A stretch of DNA of 64,000 nucleotides from an uncultured Planctomycetota bacterium (GTDB taxonomy: Bacteria > Planctomycetota > Planctomycetia > Isosphaerales > Isosphaeraceae): NCBI GenBank assembly GCA_963737655.1, contig CAVTTN010000002.1:5376001-5440000 (forward strand). Direction: 5' to 3'. Positions 20,100 to 30,139 of this stretch are shown here, piece after piece. Both the position numbers and the translations under genes were made by a program. Each line of letters begins with the position of its first letter. Positions within the stretch are counted from its first letter, which is position 1. A model generated the notes under the pieces. That model was not told the origin of the DNA. It did not search any database and saw only the letters and a list, made by a program, of their open reading frames with translations.

Positions 20100-20306
20100 C
20101 GGAGGGGCCTCCTTCGCCGGGGCGACCGGGGCGGGGGGTCCTCCATGTGCATGGGCAATCCCCGGGCCGTTCCGTCGCGGTTTCGTCCCCCGGCGGCTTG
20201 ACGGTCGGCCTCGATTATGCGCTGATCTTCCCGGACAGGGCGCCCGACGACCCCGGCCCGGCGGCAGAGTCGAGACCAGACCCGGGGCCGTCGCCAGGAG
20301 AGTTCC

Positions 20307-21278
20307 ATGCACATCCCCGACGCCGTGCTCTCGCCCTCGGTGGCCGCCGCCACGGGCCTGGTCGGCGCCGCCGGCTTCGCCCTGGGCCTCCGCCGGGTCG
20401 AGCGCCAGAGCGGCGAGCGGACCGTCGTGCTGATGGGGATGATGTCGGCGTTCCTCTTCGCCGCGCAGATGGTCACCTTCCCCGTCCTGCCGGGCGTCTC
20501 CGGCCACCTTTTGGGGGGGACGCTCGCCAGCGTCCTGCTCGGCCCGTGGGCCGGGGCGGCCACCGTCGGCGCGGTGCTGATCGTCCAGTGCTTCCTCTTC
20601 GGCGACGGCGGCCTGACGGCCCTGGGCGCCAACTTCGTGAACATGGGCCTGATCGGCGCCCTGTGCGGCTACGCGATTTATGCCACGATCCGCCGGGCGG
20701 TGGGCGGCCGGGCGGGCGTCCTGGTCGGCGCGATGGTGGCCGCGTGGCTGTCGGTGATCCTCTCGGCCGGGGCGTTCGCCGTCGAGCTCGCCGCCGGGGG
20801 CCGAGGGGCGTTCGTCACGGTCCTCGGCTGGATGACCCTGGTCCATGCCGTGATCGGATTGGGCGAGGCGCTGATCACCGGCGCCGTCGTCCGCTTCCTC
20901 CTGCTGACCCGCCCGGACCTGATCCACCACGAGCCCAAGGAAGAGGCGAGCCGAGCGGCCCGATGGGGCCAGGTCGCCGTGGCGGGGCTGGCGGCGTCGC
21001 TGGCGGTCGCCGTTTTTGGCGCCCCGTTCGCGTCGTCCTGGCCCGACGGCCTGGAGCACGTCGGGGCGAAGCTCGGGTTCTTCAAGGACGGGGTCGAGCC
21101 GGCGATCCGCGGCCTCTGGCCCGATTATCGCCTGGACCCCCTCGGCACCCGCTCGATCCGCCTGGCCACGGCCGCCGCCGGGGTGGTGGGGACGCTCGTC
21201 GTCTTCGTGGTGGGGCTGGCGATGGCCCGGGCCCTGGTCCGCCGGGACCCGGGGGAGATCGGCCCCGATGCGGCCTGA
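20307..21278 (+). CDS. cbiM: Co/Ni ECF transporter S component CbiM/NikM fused to a PDGLE (NikN) domain
   Basis: MHIPDAVL N-terminus; GVSGHLLGG; ASSWPDGLE. Confidence 0.9.
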   Translation: MHIPDAVLSPSVAAATGLVGAAGFALGLRRVERQSGERTVVLMGMMSAFLFAAQMVTFPVLPGVSGHLLGGTLASVLLGPWAGAATVGAVLIVQCFLFGDGGLTALGANFVNMGLIGALCGYAIYATIRRAVGGRAGVLVGAMVAAWLSVILSAGAFAVELAAGGRGAFVTVLGWMTLVHAVIGLGEALITGAVVRFLLLTRPDLIHHEPKEEASRAARWGQVAVAGLAASLAVAVFGAPFASSWPDGLEHVGAKLGFFKDGVEPAIRGLWPDYRLDPLGTRSIRLATAAAGVVGTLVVFVVGLAMARALVRRDPGEIGPDAA

Positions 21279-21936
21279 CGCCCTGGACCTCGCCTCCTCG
21301 GCCGGAGACGGCCCGCTCGACCGGCTCGACCCCCGGGCGAAGCTCGCCGCCACCGGCCTGTATGTCGCCGCCGTCGTCGCGACCCCGCCGACCTGGCCGA
21401 TCGCCCTGGTCGTCGAGGCGATCCTCCTGGCCGTCGTCGTCGGGATTTCCGGGCTGGAAATCCTCCCCCTGCTCCGCCGATGGCTCGGGTTCGCGGTCCT
21501 GGTGGCGTTCCTCGCGGCGATGGTGGCGATGGGCCATCGCGACCGCCCGGCCCTGGGCTGGCCCCGCGTGGCCGGGTCGATCCTGCTCAAGAACAGCCTG
21601 GCGTTCCTCGCCGTGCTGGTCCTGGCCGGGGTCACGCCGTTCCCCCGGTTGCTCGACGCCCTCCGCCGGCTCGGGGCGCCTCGCGTCCTGGTGGCGACCC
21701 TCCATTTCATGTTCCGATACAGCTACGTGCTCGTGGACGAGTTGGGCCGGATGGTCCAGGCGAGGCGATCGCGGTCGTTCCGGCGAGGGGGGCCGGGCTG
21801 GGCGTCGCTCTCGGGGCTGATCGGCGTGTTGTTCCTCCGGGCGATGGAACGGGGCGAGCGGGTCCACTCGGCCATGCTGGCCCGGGGCTGGGACGGCACG
21901 ATCCGCTCCCTGGACGACGGGGCCGACGCCCCATGA
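21268..21936 (+). CDS. cbiQ: Co/Ni ECF transporter T component
   Basis: LDPRAKL...FRY...ARRSR...LFLRAMERGERVHSAMLARG. Confidence 0.9.
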   Translation: MRPDALDLASSAGDGPLDRLDPRAKLAATGLYVAAVVATPPTWPIALVVEAILLAVVVGISGLEILPLLRRWLGFAVLVAFLAAMVAMGHRDRPALGWPRVAGSILLKNSLAFLAVLVLAGVTPFPRLLDALRRLGAPRVLVATLHFMFRYSYVLVDELGRMVQARRSRSFRRGGPGWASLSGLIGVLFLRAMERGERVHSAMLARGWDGTIRSLDDGADAP

Positions 21937-22748
21937 GCCCCGGCGACGAGGCGGACGCCGAGCCGATCCCGGCGGTCCAGGTCCGCGACCTCTCTTATCG
22001 CTACCCCGACGGCCGCCCGGCGCTCCGGGGGGTCGATCTGACCGTCCTCCCGGGCGAGAGCGTCGCGCTCGTGGGGCCGAACGGGGCGGGCAAGAGCACG
22101 CTCCTGCTCCACCTCAACGGCCTCCTGCCCGGCAAGACGGGCCTGCACTCTCACGGCGGGCCGGACCCCTCGGCCAACGGCAAGCCGAAGGGGCCGGCGG
22201 TGTGGATCGACGGCGTGGCGGTCGGCCCCAAGACCGGTCCCGAGGTCCGCCGCCGGGTCGGCCTGCTGTTCCAGGACCCGGACGACCAGCTCTTCAGCAC
22301 GAGCGTCCTCGAAGACGTGGCCTTCGGCCCTCTGAACCTCGGCAAGCCGAAGGCCGAGGCCCGGAGGATCGCGATGGAGAGCCTCGAACGGGTCGATCTG
22401 GCCTCCGCCGCCGACCGCGTGCCGCATCACCTGAGCTTCGGCGAGAAGAAACGAGTCTGCCTCGCCGGGATCCTGGCGTGCGAGCCGACGATCCTCGCCC
22501 TGGACGAGCCCACGGCGAACCTCGACCCCCGGGCCCGCCGCCGGTTCCTCTCGCTCCTGAAATCGCTCCCGAGCACGAAGATCATCGCCACCCACGACCT
22601 CGAGATGGTCCTGGAGCTCTGCCACCGGGCGATCATCCTCGACGGCGGGAAGGTCGTGGCCAACGGGCTGGTGAGGAACGTCCTGGGCGACCCGATCCTG
22701 CTCGAGGCGCACGGGCTGGAGATGCCGCTGAGCCTGAAGGTCCGGTGA
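21933..22748 (+). CDS. cbiO: Co/Ni ECF transporter ATPase
   Basis: GPNGAGKST, FQDPDDQLF, LSFGEKKR, LDEPT; ATGA overlap with cbiQ. Confidence 0.9.
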   Translation: MSPGDEADAEPIPAVQVRDLSYRYPDGRPALRGVDLTVLPGESVALVGPNGAGKSTLLLHLNGLLPGKTGLHSHGGPDPSANGKPKGPAVWIDGVAVGPKTGPEVRRRVGLLFQDPDDQLFSTSVLEDVAFGPLNLGKPKAEARRIAMESLERVDLASAADRVPHHLSFGEKKRVCLAGILACEPTILALDEPTANLDPRARRRFLSLLKSLPSTKIIATHDLEMVLELCHRAIILDGGKVVANGLVRNVLGDPILLEAHGLEMPLSLKVR

Positions 22749-22753
22749 CCTCG

Positions 22754-22945
22754 CAGTGGGCAGTGGGCAGAAAGTAGTGGGCAGTGGGCAGTGGGCAGTG
22801 GGCAGTGAAAGAAGAGGTTTCCGTTGTCTGCCATCTCGCATCCGCCATCTTGCATCCACTGCCCACTGCCCACTACCCACTGCCCACTGCCCACCGCCCA
22901 CTGCCCACTGCCCACTGCCCACTGCCCACTGCCCACTGCCCACTG
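22754..22945. repeat. Inverted pair of heptamer tandem arrays (CAGTGGG)n / (CACTGCC)n
   Basis: About 7 units on the left and about 12-13 on the right, same unit as 10861-10992. Confidence 0.88.
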
Positions 22946-23026
22946 CGCCCTCGACGCCCCCCCGCCGTTCCCGTAGCATCCAGCGGCCTCGACCGACCCC
23001 GGACGGCCCGGAAAGGACCCCCCGCC

Positions 23027-24421
23027 GTGATCCACGCCGATGGCGACGCCGAATTCCACGCCGACTCGCCCCTCAAGACCCCGGGCAACGCCGCCCGGTG
23101 GGCCCGGCTGACGTTCGTTGTTCTGTTTTTGATGAACATGTTGGATTATGTGGACCGCTGGGCGCTTTCGGGGGTGGCCGAGGAGATCAAGAAGGAGATG
23201 AAGATCAGCGACGCCCTCGTCGGGTCGCTGAACATGTATTTCCTGATCAGTTACTCGATCATCAGCCCGTTCATGGGGTGGGCCGGCGACCGCTTCCGCC
23301 GGACGTGGCTCCTGGCGGCGGGCGTGGGCGTGTGGAGCCTGGCGACCGTGGGCACCGGGCTGGCCCGGGACTTCAACCACCTCCGCCTGGCCCGCGCGTT
23401 CCTCGGGATCGGCGAGGCGACGTATGGGGTGCTCGCGCCGACGATCCTGATGGACCTGTTCCCGAGGGAGAGGCGGGCCCGGGTCCTCTCGGCGTTCTAC
23501 CTGGCCATGCCGATCGGCTACGCGCTGGGGGTGATCCTCGGCGGGCGAATCGCGGTGGCCACGGGCAACTGGCGGTTGGCGTTCTTCATCGTCGGCGCCC
23601 CGGGGTTCCTCGCGGCGATCGCCGCCTTGTTCCTTCCCGAGCCGATCCGGGGGACGAGCGAGGGGGTCGATCCCGAGAAGCTCAAGGCCAAGGAGAAGGC
23701 CGGGGCCTCGGCGGCCGACTATCGCGACCTGGCCGTGAATTCGTCGTATACTTACGTCGTTTTCGGACTCTCCGCCTATACCTTCGCGTTCGGCGGGATG
23801 GCGTACTGGCTGCCCTCGTACTTGCAGCGGGTCCACGGCTGGACGAAGGCGGAGGCCGTGGACCGGCTGGGGATCACCGGCCTGCTCGCGGCGATCGTGG
23901 GGATGGCCGGCGGCGGGTGGATCGCCGACAAGCTCGCGAAGACGAACCCGAAGGCCCTCTTCACGGTCTCGGGGACGTCGATGCTCCTGGCGGTCCCGTG
24001 CATCCTCCTGGGGCTGTACTCGAAGCAATGGTATCTCGTGATCCTCTGGCTGTTCCTGGCCCAGGCGTTCCTGTTCGCGAACACCGGGCCGAGCAACGCG
24101 GTGATCGCCAACGTGATCGCCCCGAACATGCGAGCGACCGCCTACGCGATCTCCACATTCGCGATCCACTTCCTCGGGGACGTGTGGTCGCCGATGCTCA
24201 TGGGGTACGTCTCGGACCTCTGCGGCAAGCCCGACACGATGGCCAGCCCAATCGGCACGTTCCTCCGCTCCGTCGGCGCCACGCCGGTGGACGGCACGAA
24301 CCTCGCCGCCGGCATGCTCATCGTCGTCCCGGCCGTGGCCCTGGGAGGCGTCGTCCTCCTCGCCGGAGCCCGGCACCTCCCCCGCGAGATGGCGCTCATG
24401 CTCGCGCGTCTGAAAGCGTAG
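23027..24421 (+). CDS. MFS transporter (spinster-like)
   Basis: NMLDYVDR, GWAGDRFRR, RAFLGIGEA and IHFLGD motifs; about 12 TM segments. Confidence 0.88.
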   Translation: MIHADGDAEFHADSPLKTPGNAARWARLTFVVLFLMNMLDYVDRWALSGVAEEIKKEMKISDALVGSLNMYFLISYSIISPFMGWAGDRFRRTWLLAAGVGVWSLATVGTGLARDFNHLRLARAFLGIGEATYGVLAPTILMDLFPRERRARVLSAFYLAMPIGYALGVILGGRIAVATGNWRLAFFIVGAPGFLAAIAALFLPEPIRGTSEGVDPEKLKAKEKAGASAADYRDLAVNSSYTYVVFGLSAYTFAFGGMAYWLPSYLQRVHGWTKAEAVDRLGITGLLAAIVGMAGGGWIADKLAKTNPKALFTVSGTSMLLAVPCILLGLYSKQWYLVILWLFLAQAFLFANTGPSNAVIANVIAPNMRATAYAISTFAIHFLGDVWSPMLMGYVSDLCGKPDTMASPIGTFLRSVGATPVDGTNLAAGMLIVVPAVALGGVVLLAGARHLPREMALMLARLKA

Positions 24422-24559
24422 GGTGCATGAAATGCACCGACCCGCGGCGGCCCATCGCCGCCCTCCTTCGTCACCGGTCCCTCTCGCCAGAAAATCGGAC
24501 AAGGATATGGATGGCGGCCTGGGCCGCCGCGTCTCTCTGGTGCATTTCATGCACCCTAC
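24418..24559. repeat. GTAG-REP doublet
   Basis: GTAGGGTGCATGAAATGCACC and its exact reverse complement at 24539-24559. Confidence 0.88.
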
Positions 24560-24598
24560 TTTGGTGATCCCTGACCCTCCTCGACGGAGCCTCGACCG

Positions 24599-25591
24599 AT
24601 GAAGAAGCCCTTGCACGTCGCGATCACCGGGGCCGGCGGCCAGATCGGCTACGCCCTGCTGTTCCGGATCGCCTCCGGCGGCCTGTTCGGCGCCGATCAG
24701 CCGGTTTCGCTCGGCTTGCTGGAGATCACCCCGGCGCTGCCGTCGCTCAACGGCACCTTGATGGAGCTGGAAGACTGCGCCTTCCCGCTGCTGACCTCGG
24801 TGAAGGCGACCGACAAGGCCGAGGAGGCGTTCGCCGGGGCCGACTGGGTGATCCTCGTCGGCGGTTTGCCCCGCAAGGAAGGCATGAGCCGGGCCGATTT
24901 GATCCGCGCCAACGGCCCGATCTTCACCGGCCAGGGCCGGGCGATCAACGAGGCCGCCGGGCCGGACGTCCGCATCCTGACCGTCGCCAACCCGTGCAAC
25001 ACGAACTGCCTGATCGCCAAATCGCACGCGCCGAAGGTCCCGGCCGACCGCTGGTTCGCCATGACCCGGCTGGACCAGAACCGCGCGGCCTCGCAACTGG
25101 CGAAGAAGGCGGGCGTGCCGGTCGGCCAGGTCACGAACATGGCGATCTGGGGCAATCACAGCGACACCCAGTACCCCGACTTCAAGAACGCGAAGATCCA
25201 GGGGAAACCCGCCCCGCAGGTCATCTCCGACGCCTCCTGGTTCACCGAGGATTTCATCCCGACCGTCGCCAAGAGAGGCGGTGCGGTGATCAAGGCGAAG
25301 GGCGCCTCCTCGGCGGCCTCGGCGGCGAACGCGGCGCTCGACAGCGTCCGCTCGGCCTCGTTCCCGACTCCGGGCGACGAATGGTTCAGCGCCGGGGTCG
25401 TCTCGGACGGCTCCTACGGAGTCCCCGCCGGCCTGATCTACAGCTTCCCCCTGAGGACCGACGGCACCAAGTGGACGATCGTCGAGGGGCTGCCGATCGA
25501 CGACGACGCGAAGAAGCGGATCGACGCCTCGGCCCAGGAGCTCATCTCCGAGAGGGACGCCGTGAAGGACCTCCTCGGCCCGGCCCTGTAG
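24599..25591 (+). CDS. mdh: Malate dehydrogenase
   Basis: [33 protein letters not shown] and WGNHS motifs. Confidence 0.96.
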   Translation: MKKPLHVAITGAGGQIGYALLFRIASGGLFGADQPVSLGLLEITPALPSLNGTLMELEDCAFPLLTSVKATDKAEEAFAGADWVILVGGLPRKEGMSRADLIRANGPIFTGQGRAINEAAGPDVRILTVANPCNTNCLIAKSHAPKVPADRWFAMTRLDQNRAASQLAKKAGVPVGQVTNMAIWGNHSDTQYPDFKNAKIQGKPAPQVISDASWFTEDFIPTVAKRGGAVIKAKGASSAASAANAALDSVRSASFPTPGDEWFSAGVVSDGSYGVPAGLIYSFPLRTDGTKWTIVEGLPIDDDAKKRIDASAQELISERDAVKDLLGPAL

Positions 25592-25702
25592 GGTGGAGGA
25601 AATCTACTGGTGTGCCGGGCGCGTGAAACCATCCACGAACGCAAATGCGGCGGCCGAAAGGCCGCCCTCCGTTCGCCCGGCTCTCCAAATTTCCTCCACC
25701 CT
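25588..25702. repeat. Degenerate GTAG-REP doublet
   Basis: GTAGGGTGGAGGAAAT ... ATTTCCTCCACCCT inverted arms. Confidence 0.6.
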
Positions 25703-25729
25703 TTGGGAACCGATCGGCCGGCCCTCGAC

Positions 25730-25758
25730 TTGGCAGCGCGGCCCCGGTCGATTACGCT
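25730..25758 (+). promoter_or_regulatory. Putative sigma70 promoter of thrS
   Basis: TTGGCA-N17-TACGCT about 80 nt upstream of the ATG. Confidence 0.5.
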
Positions 25759-25836
25759 AGGAGGTCCGCCTTTGGCCGGCGTTGTCTGTCGGACGGGGGC
25801 GACCTTTCTTCTCTGGCAGGAAGCGATTTCGGTCTC

Positions 25837-28005
25837 ATGGTCCAGATCAAGCTGCCGGATGGGTCGATCAAGGATTATCCCGACGGCGTCCGCCCTCGCG
25901 AAGTCGCCGAGGGGATCGGCAAGAGGCTGGCCGAGGCCGCCGTCGCCGCCGTCGCCGATGGCAAGATCGTCGATCTCGATCGGCCTCTCGAGGTCGAGGG
26001 CGCCGGGCATCCCGTCGAGTTCCGCGTCCTCACCCCGAAGGACCGCGAGGCGCTGGACGTCCTCCGCCACTCCACGGCCCACGTGATGGCCCGCGCGATT
26101 ATGAGGCTGTTCCCGGGCGTGAAACTGGCGTTCGGGCCGACCACGACCAACGGCTTTTACTATGACGTGGACCTCGGCGGCAAGAGGCTGACCGAGGACG
26201 ATTTTCCGGCCATCGAGGCCGAGATGGCCAGGATCGTCGCCGGGGCCGAGCCGTTCGAGAGGTTCAGCCTGCCCGTGCCCGACGCCCGGAAGTTCGTCGA
26301 CGAGCTCGGCCAGGGGTTCAAGGTCGAACACATCGACGAGGAATTGCACAAATACGGCATCCTCTCGTTCTACCGCCAGGGGGAGTTCGTCGATCTCTGC
26401 CGGGGGCCGCACATCCCCCACGCCGGGAAGGTCGGCGCGTTCAAGCTCCTCTCGATCGCCGGCGCCTACTGGAAGGGCCGCGCCGACGGACCTACCTTGC
26501 AGCGCGTCTACGGCACCGCCTTCTTCGACAAGAAGGAGATGGAGGCGCACCTGGCGCAGGTCGAGGAGTCGAAGAAGCGCGACCACCGACGGCTCGGCAA
26601 GGAGCTCCACCTCTTCACGATCTCGCCATTGGTCGGTTCGGGGCTGGTGTTGTGGATGCCCAAGGGGGCGATCGTCCGGGGAGTGTTGCAGAATTTCTTG
26701 CAGGACGAATTGATCAAACGCGGATATCAGCCCGTCTATACGCCGAACATCGGCAAGATCGACCTCTACAAGCAGAGCGGGCATTATCCGTACTACAAGG
26801 AGTCGCAGTTCCCGACGATCAAGCTCCTGAGCGACGCGGCGATGGCCCTCGTGGCGGCTTTGGAGAAGGGGGACGCCGACGACGCCTTGCAGAAAGTCCT
26901 GCTGGCCGAGGCCCACATCGACGACCAGGGTTACTGGTCGCTGGACCCCGCCGGCCGCGTCGGGTTCGTCGAGGAGCATGGCGTGAGCGAGGAATACCTC
27001 CTCAAGCCGATGAATTGCCCCCATCATATCCAGATCTACGCCGCCCAGCCGCGATCGTATCGCGACCTCCCCGTCCGCCTCGCCGAGTTCGGCACGGTCT
27101 ATCGCTACGAGAAGTCGGGCGAATTGTCCGGCCTGACCCGTGTCCGAGGCTTCACCCAGGACGATGCCCACCTGTTCTGCACTGAAGATCAGGTCCGGAA
27201 GGAATTCCGCGATACCATGGAGCTCACCCAGTTCGTCCTGGGGAGCCTGGGTCTCACGGATTATCGCCTCCGGCTCTCGAAGCACGACCCGGACGACCCG
27301 AAGTACGCCGGCGCGGCGGGCGACACCTGGCGACGGGCCGAGGAGGACATCCGCTCGGTCCTGGACGAGATGCAGTTGCCCTACGAGGAGGCGCCCGGCG
27401 AGGCGGCGTTCTACGGGCCGAAGGCCGATTTCATCGTCCGCGACTGCATCGGCCGGCAGTGGCAGCTCGGGACGGTCCAGCTCGACTACGTCCTGCCCGA
27501 GCGGTTCGGCCTGGAGTACACCGGGGCCGACAACCACCCGCATCGGCCGGTGATGATCCATCGGGCGCCGTTCGGCTCGATGGAGCGGTTCATGGGCATC
27601 CTGATCGAGCACTTCGCCGGGGCGTTCCCGCTCTGGCTGGCCCCGGAGCAGGTCCGGGTCCTGCCGATCTCGGACAAGGCGGCGGACTACGCGGCGAAAG
27701 TCCTCGCCGAACTTCGTTCGGCCGGGCTCCGGGCGGAGATCGATTCGAGGCCGGAGAAGATCGGGGCGAAGATCCGCGATGCCCAGTTGGAGAAGGTGCC
27801 GGCGATGCTCGTGGTGGGGGCGAAGGAGGCGGACTCGGCCACCGTCTCGTATCGCGACCGGGTCGACGGCGACCTCGGGGCCATGCCGTTGGCCGAAGCG
27901 ATCGCGAAATTGAAGGCCGAGAGCGACTCGCGGACGATCCGGGGCGTCGCCGCCCCCGTGGTCCCGCCCCCCTCCGACGAGGGCGGCGAACGGCACGCGT
28001 ATTGA
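25837..28005 (+). CDS. thrS: Threonine--tRNA ligase
   Basis: TGS domain, RHSTAH, DLCRGPH, RDHRRLG, KPMNCP, RVRGFTQDDAH and HRAPFGSMERF motifs. Confidence 0.97.
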   Translation: MVQIKLPDGSIKDYPDGVRPREVAEGIGKRLAEAAVAAVADGKIVDLDRPLEVEGAGHPVEFRVLTPKDREALDVLRHSTAHVMARAIMRLFPGVKLAFGPTTTNGFYYDVDLGGKRLTEDDFPAIEAEMARIVAGAEPFERFSLPVPDARKFVDELGQGFKVEHIDEELHKYGILSFYRQGEFVDLCRGPHIPHAGKVGAFKLLSIAGAYWKGRADGPTLQRVYGTAFFDKKEMEAHLAQVEESKKRDHRRLGKELHLFTISPLVGSGLVLWMPKGAIVRGVLQNFLQDELIKRGYQPVYTPNIGKIDLYKQSGHYPYYKESQFPTIKLLSDAAMALVAALEKGDADDALQKVLLAEAHIDDQGYWSLDPAGRVGFVEEHGVSEEYLLKPMNCPHHIQIYAAQPRSYRDLPVRLAEFGTVYRYEKSGELSGLTRVRGFTQDDAHLFCTEDQVRKEFRDTMELTQFVLGSLGLTDYRLRLSKHDPDDPKYAGAAGDTWRRAEEDIRSVLDEMQLPYEEAPGEAAFYGPKADFIVRDCIGRQWQLGTVQLDYVLPERFGLEYTGADNHPHRPVMIHRAPFGSMERFMGILIEHFAGAFPLWLAPEQVRVLPISDKAADYAAKVLAELRSAGLRAEIDSRPEKIGAKIRDAQLEKVPAMLVVGAKEADSATVSYRDRVDGDLGAMPLAEAIAKLKAESDSRTIRGVAAPVVPPPSDEGGERHAY

Positions 28006-28067
28006 ATGAAGGCGGAAGCGGCCCCGTCGTCCGGCAGATCGACCGTCGCCCAGGGGGCCGACCCGAC

Positions 28068-29630
28068 ATGCTCAAGCAGTGGCTGATCATCCTCCTGATC
28101 CCCCTGGTCTTCCAGCTGGGGCTCTTGCTGGTGCTGTTCAAGGTCCAGTCGGACTACGCCTCGGCCAATGCGCTGGCTCTGCACACGGGCGATGTGATCG
28201 CGGAGGCCGAGGGGCTGGCCCGTCAGCTCGTGACGTTGAGGAGCGCCGTCCTGGGCCTGGCCCTGACCGGGGATTCCGGGGGCCAGCCGCTGGAGCCGGT
28301 CGTCGCGGAGGTCTCGCGTCGCCTGGGCACCCTGGGCGACCTGGTAAACGACAACTCGCTCCAGGCGGCCCGGCTCCGGGAGGTCCGCGTCAAGATCGAG
28401 TCGTTCTCCGACTGGATGGCCGAGACGTACCGGCTCCTGGAATCGGGTCGCCGGCCCGAGGGCCTGGCGCGGATCCGGACGCAGGACGGGCGAAATCGGC
28501 TCAACGACATCCAGGCCCGGATGAAGGAGTTCCTGGCGGAGGAGGCCCGGTTGGACGTCCTCCGCCGCAGGCGGTTGTCCTGGGCCGGGGTGTGGCAGAG
28601 CCGGGCCACGATCGTCGGGGTGGTCCTCTCGTCGGGCCTGTCGTTCGTCCTGGCCCTGTGGTTCCACCGGCGGTTCGCCCGGCGGGTCGAGTCGCTGGCG
28701 GAGAATGCGAGGAGGCTCGCCCAGGGCCGGACGCTGGCCTCGCCGATGGTCGGCGGGGACGAGGTCGCGGCGCTGGACTCGGTCTTCCACGCGATGGCCC
28801 GGGCCCTGGCCGAGCGCGACCAGGAGAACGAGATGTTCATCTACAGCGTCTCGCACGACCTGCGAAGCCCCCTGGTGAACCTCCAGGGGTTCAGCAAGGA
28901 GCTGTCCTATAGTTGCGACGACCTGCGATCGCTGATGGCCCGGCTGGAGAAGCCGCCGGAGGTCGAGGCGAAACTCAAGGTGATCCTGGACGAGGACATG
29001 GCGTCATCGGTCCACTTCATCCAGAACGCGGTGTCGCGACTCTCGGCGATCATCGACTCGCTGCTGAGGCTCTCGCGGGCCGGCCGGGTCGAGTATCGGT
29101 TCGCCGAGGTCGACGTGGAGAGGGTGATCCGGCGGGTCGTCGAGGCGCTCCGGGGATCGACCGAGGAGCGCGGGGCCCGGATCGAGGTTCGTCCCCTGCC
29201 GCCGGCCTGGGCCGACGCCACGGCGCTGGAGCAGGTCTTCGCCAACCTGCTCTCCAACGCGGTGAAATACCTGGACCCGGCCCGCCCGGGCCGGATCCTG
29301 GTCGAGGCCCTGGAGCCGGAGCCGGGAGCGGCGGAGGGCCCGATCACCTTCGCGGTCCGGGACAACGGGCTGGGCATCCCCCAGGCCCACCAGGCCAAGC
29401 TGTTCCTGGCGTTCCAGAGGCTGCATCCCTCGGTGGCGCCGGGCGAGGGCGTGGGCCTGGCCCTGGCCCGGCGGATGGTCGAGCGGATGGGGGGCAAGGC
29501 CTGGGCCGAATCCGAGCCCGGGGTGGGGTCGTCGTTCTTCGTGACCTTGCCTCGCCGGGGCGCGGAGGCTACGCTCGACGGATCGAAATCGCTCGCGGCC
29601 CTCGCCGTCAGCCCCGGAGGTCGCTCCTGA
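28068..29630 (+). CDS. Membrane sensor histidine kinase (CHASE3-like, HAMP, HisKA, HATPase)
   Basis: Two TM helices; SHDLRSPL, NLLSNAVKY, DNGLGI, GVGLA; alternative TTG start at 28002. Confidence 0.9.
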   Translation: MLKQWLIILLIPLVFQLGLLLVLFKVQSDYASANALALHTGDVIAEAEGLARQLVTLRSAVLGLALTGDSGGQPLEPVVAEVSRRLGTLGDLVNDNSLQAARLREVRVKIESFSDWMAETYRLLESGRRPEGLARIRTQDGRNRLNDIQARMKEFLAEEARLDVLRRRRLSWAGVWQSRATIVGVVLSSGLSFVLALWFHRRFARRVESLAENARRLAQGRTLASPMVGGDEVAALDSVFHAMARALAERDQENEMFIYSVSHDLRSPLVNLQGFSKELSYSCDDLRSLMARLEKPPEVEAKLKVILDEDMASSVHFIQNAVSRLSAIIDSLLRLSRAGRVEYRFAEVDVERVIRRVVEALRGSTEERGARIEVRPLPPAWADATALEQVFANLLSNAVKYLDPARPGRILVEALEPEPGAAEGPITFAVRDNGLGIPQAHQAKLFLAFQRLHPSVAPGEGVGLALARRMVERMGGKAWAESEPGVGSSFFVTLPRRGAEATLDGSKSLAALAVSPGGRS

Positions 29631-30082
29631 TGTCCGCCGAGAGCCTGACGATCCTTCTGGCCGAGGACGACGACGGCCACGCCAGCCTGATCCGACGCAA
29701 CCTGGAGCGCGCCGGGCTCGTCAACGGATTCATCCGCGTGAGGGACGGCCAGGAGGCGCTGGACGCGATCCGAGGGCAGGGCGACTACGCCGCCCAGGAG
29801 ATCGCCCGCCACAACGTCCTCCTGCTCCTGGACATCAACATGCCCCGGGTGGATGGCGTGGAGGTCCTCCGCCTGCTCAAGGGCGACCCGACGACCGCCA
29901 CGATCCCGATTATCATGCTGACCACCACCGACGACCCCCGCGAGGTCGAGCGGTGCTATGCGCTGGGCTGCAATGTTTATGTCACCAAGCCCGTCGATTA
30001 TGATGGCTTCATCAACGCCATCCGACAGCTCGGGTTGTTCCTTCAGGTCGTCCGCGTCCCGGGGCAAGGGCGGCAGCCCTGA
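29630..30082 (+). CDS. Single-domain response regulator
   Basis: LAEDD, LLDINMP, MLTT, YVTKP; TGATG overlap with the kinase. Confidence 0.92.
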   Translation: MSAESLTILLAEDDDGHASLIRRNLERAGLVNGFIRVRDGQEALDAIRGQGDYAAQEIARHNVLLLLDINMPRVDGVEVLRLLKGDPTTATIPIIMLTTTDDPREVERCYALGCNVYVTKPVDYDGFINAIRQLGLFLQVVRVPGQGRQP

Positions 30083-30139
30083 GCCGGCCCCCTCCGCCCC
30101 TCGTCTCACCGACCGACCCGCCCTCGGGGATCGCCCGTC

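Noticed and set aside
20100..20306. Cobalamin riboswitch upstream of cbiM
   Set aside because: No GGGAA/B12-box consensus visible and the space is short
22754..22945. Possible CRISPR array
   Set aside because: 7-bp tandem units without unique spacers; no cas genes in the window
26821..26988. Intein in thrS
   Set aside because: Too short and lacks the N-terminal Cys/Ser and C-terminal His-Asn splicing motifs
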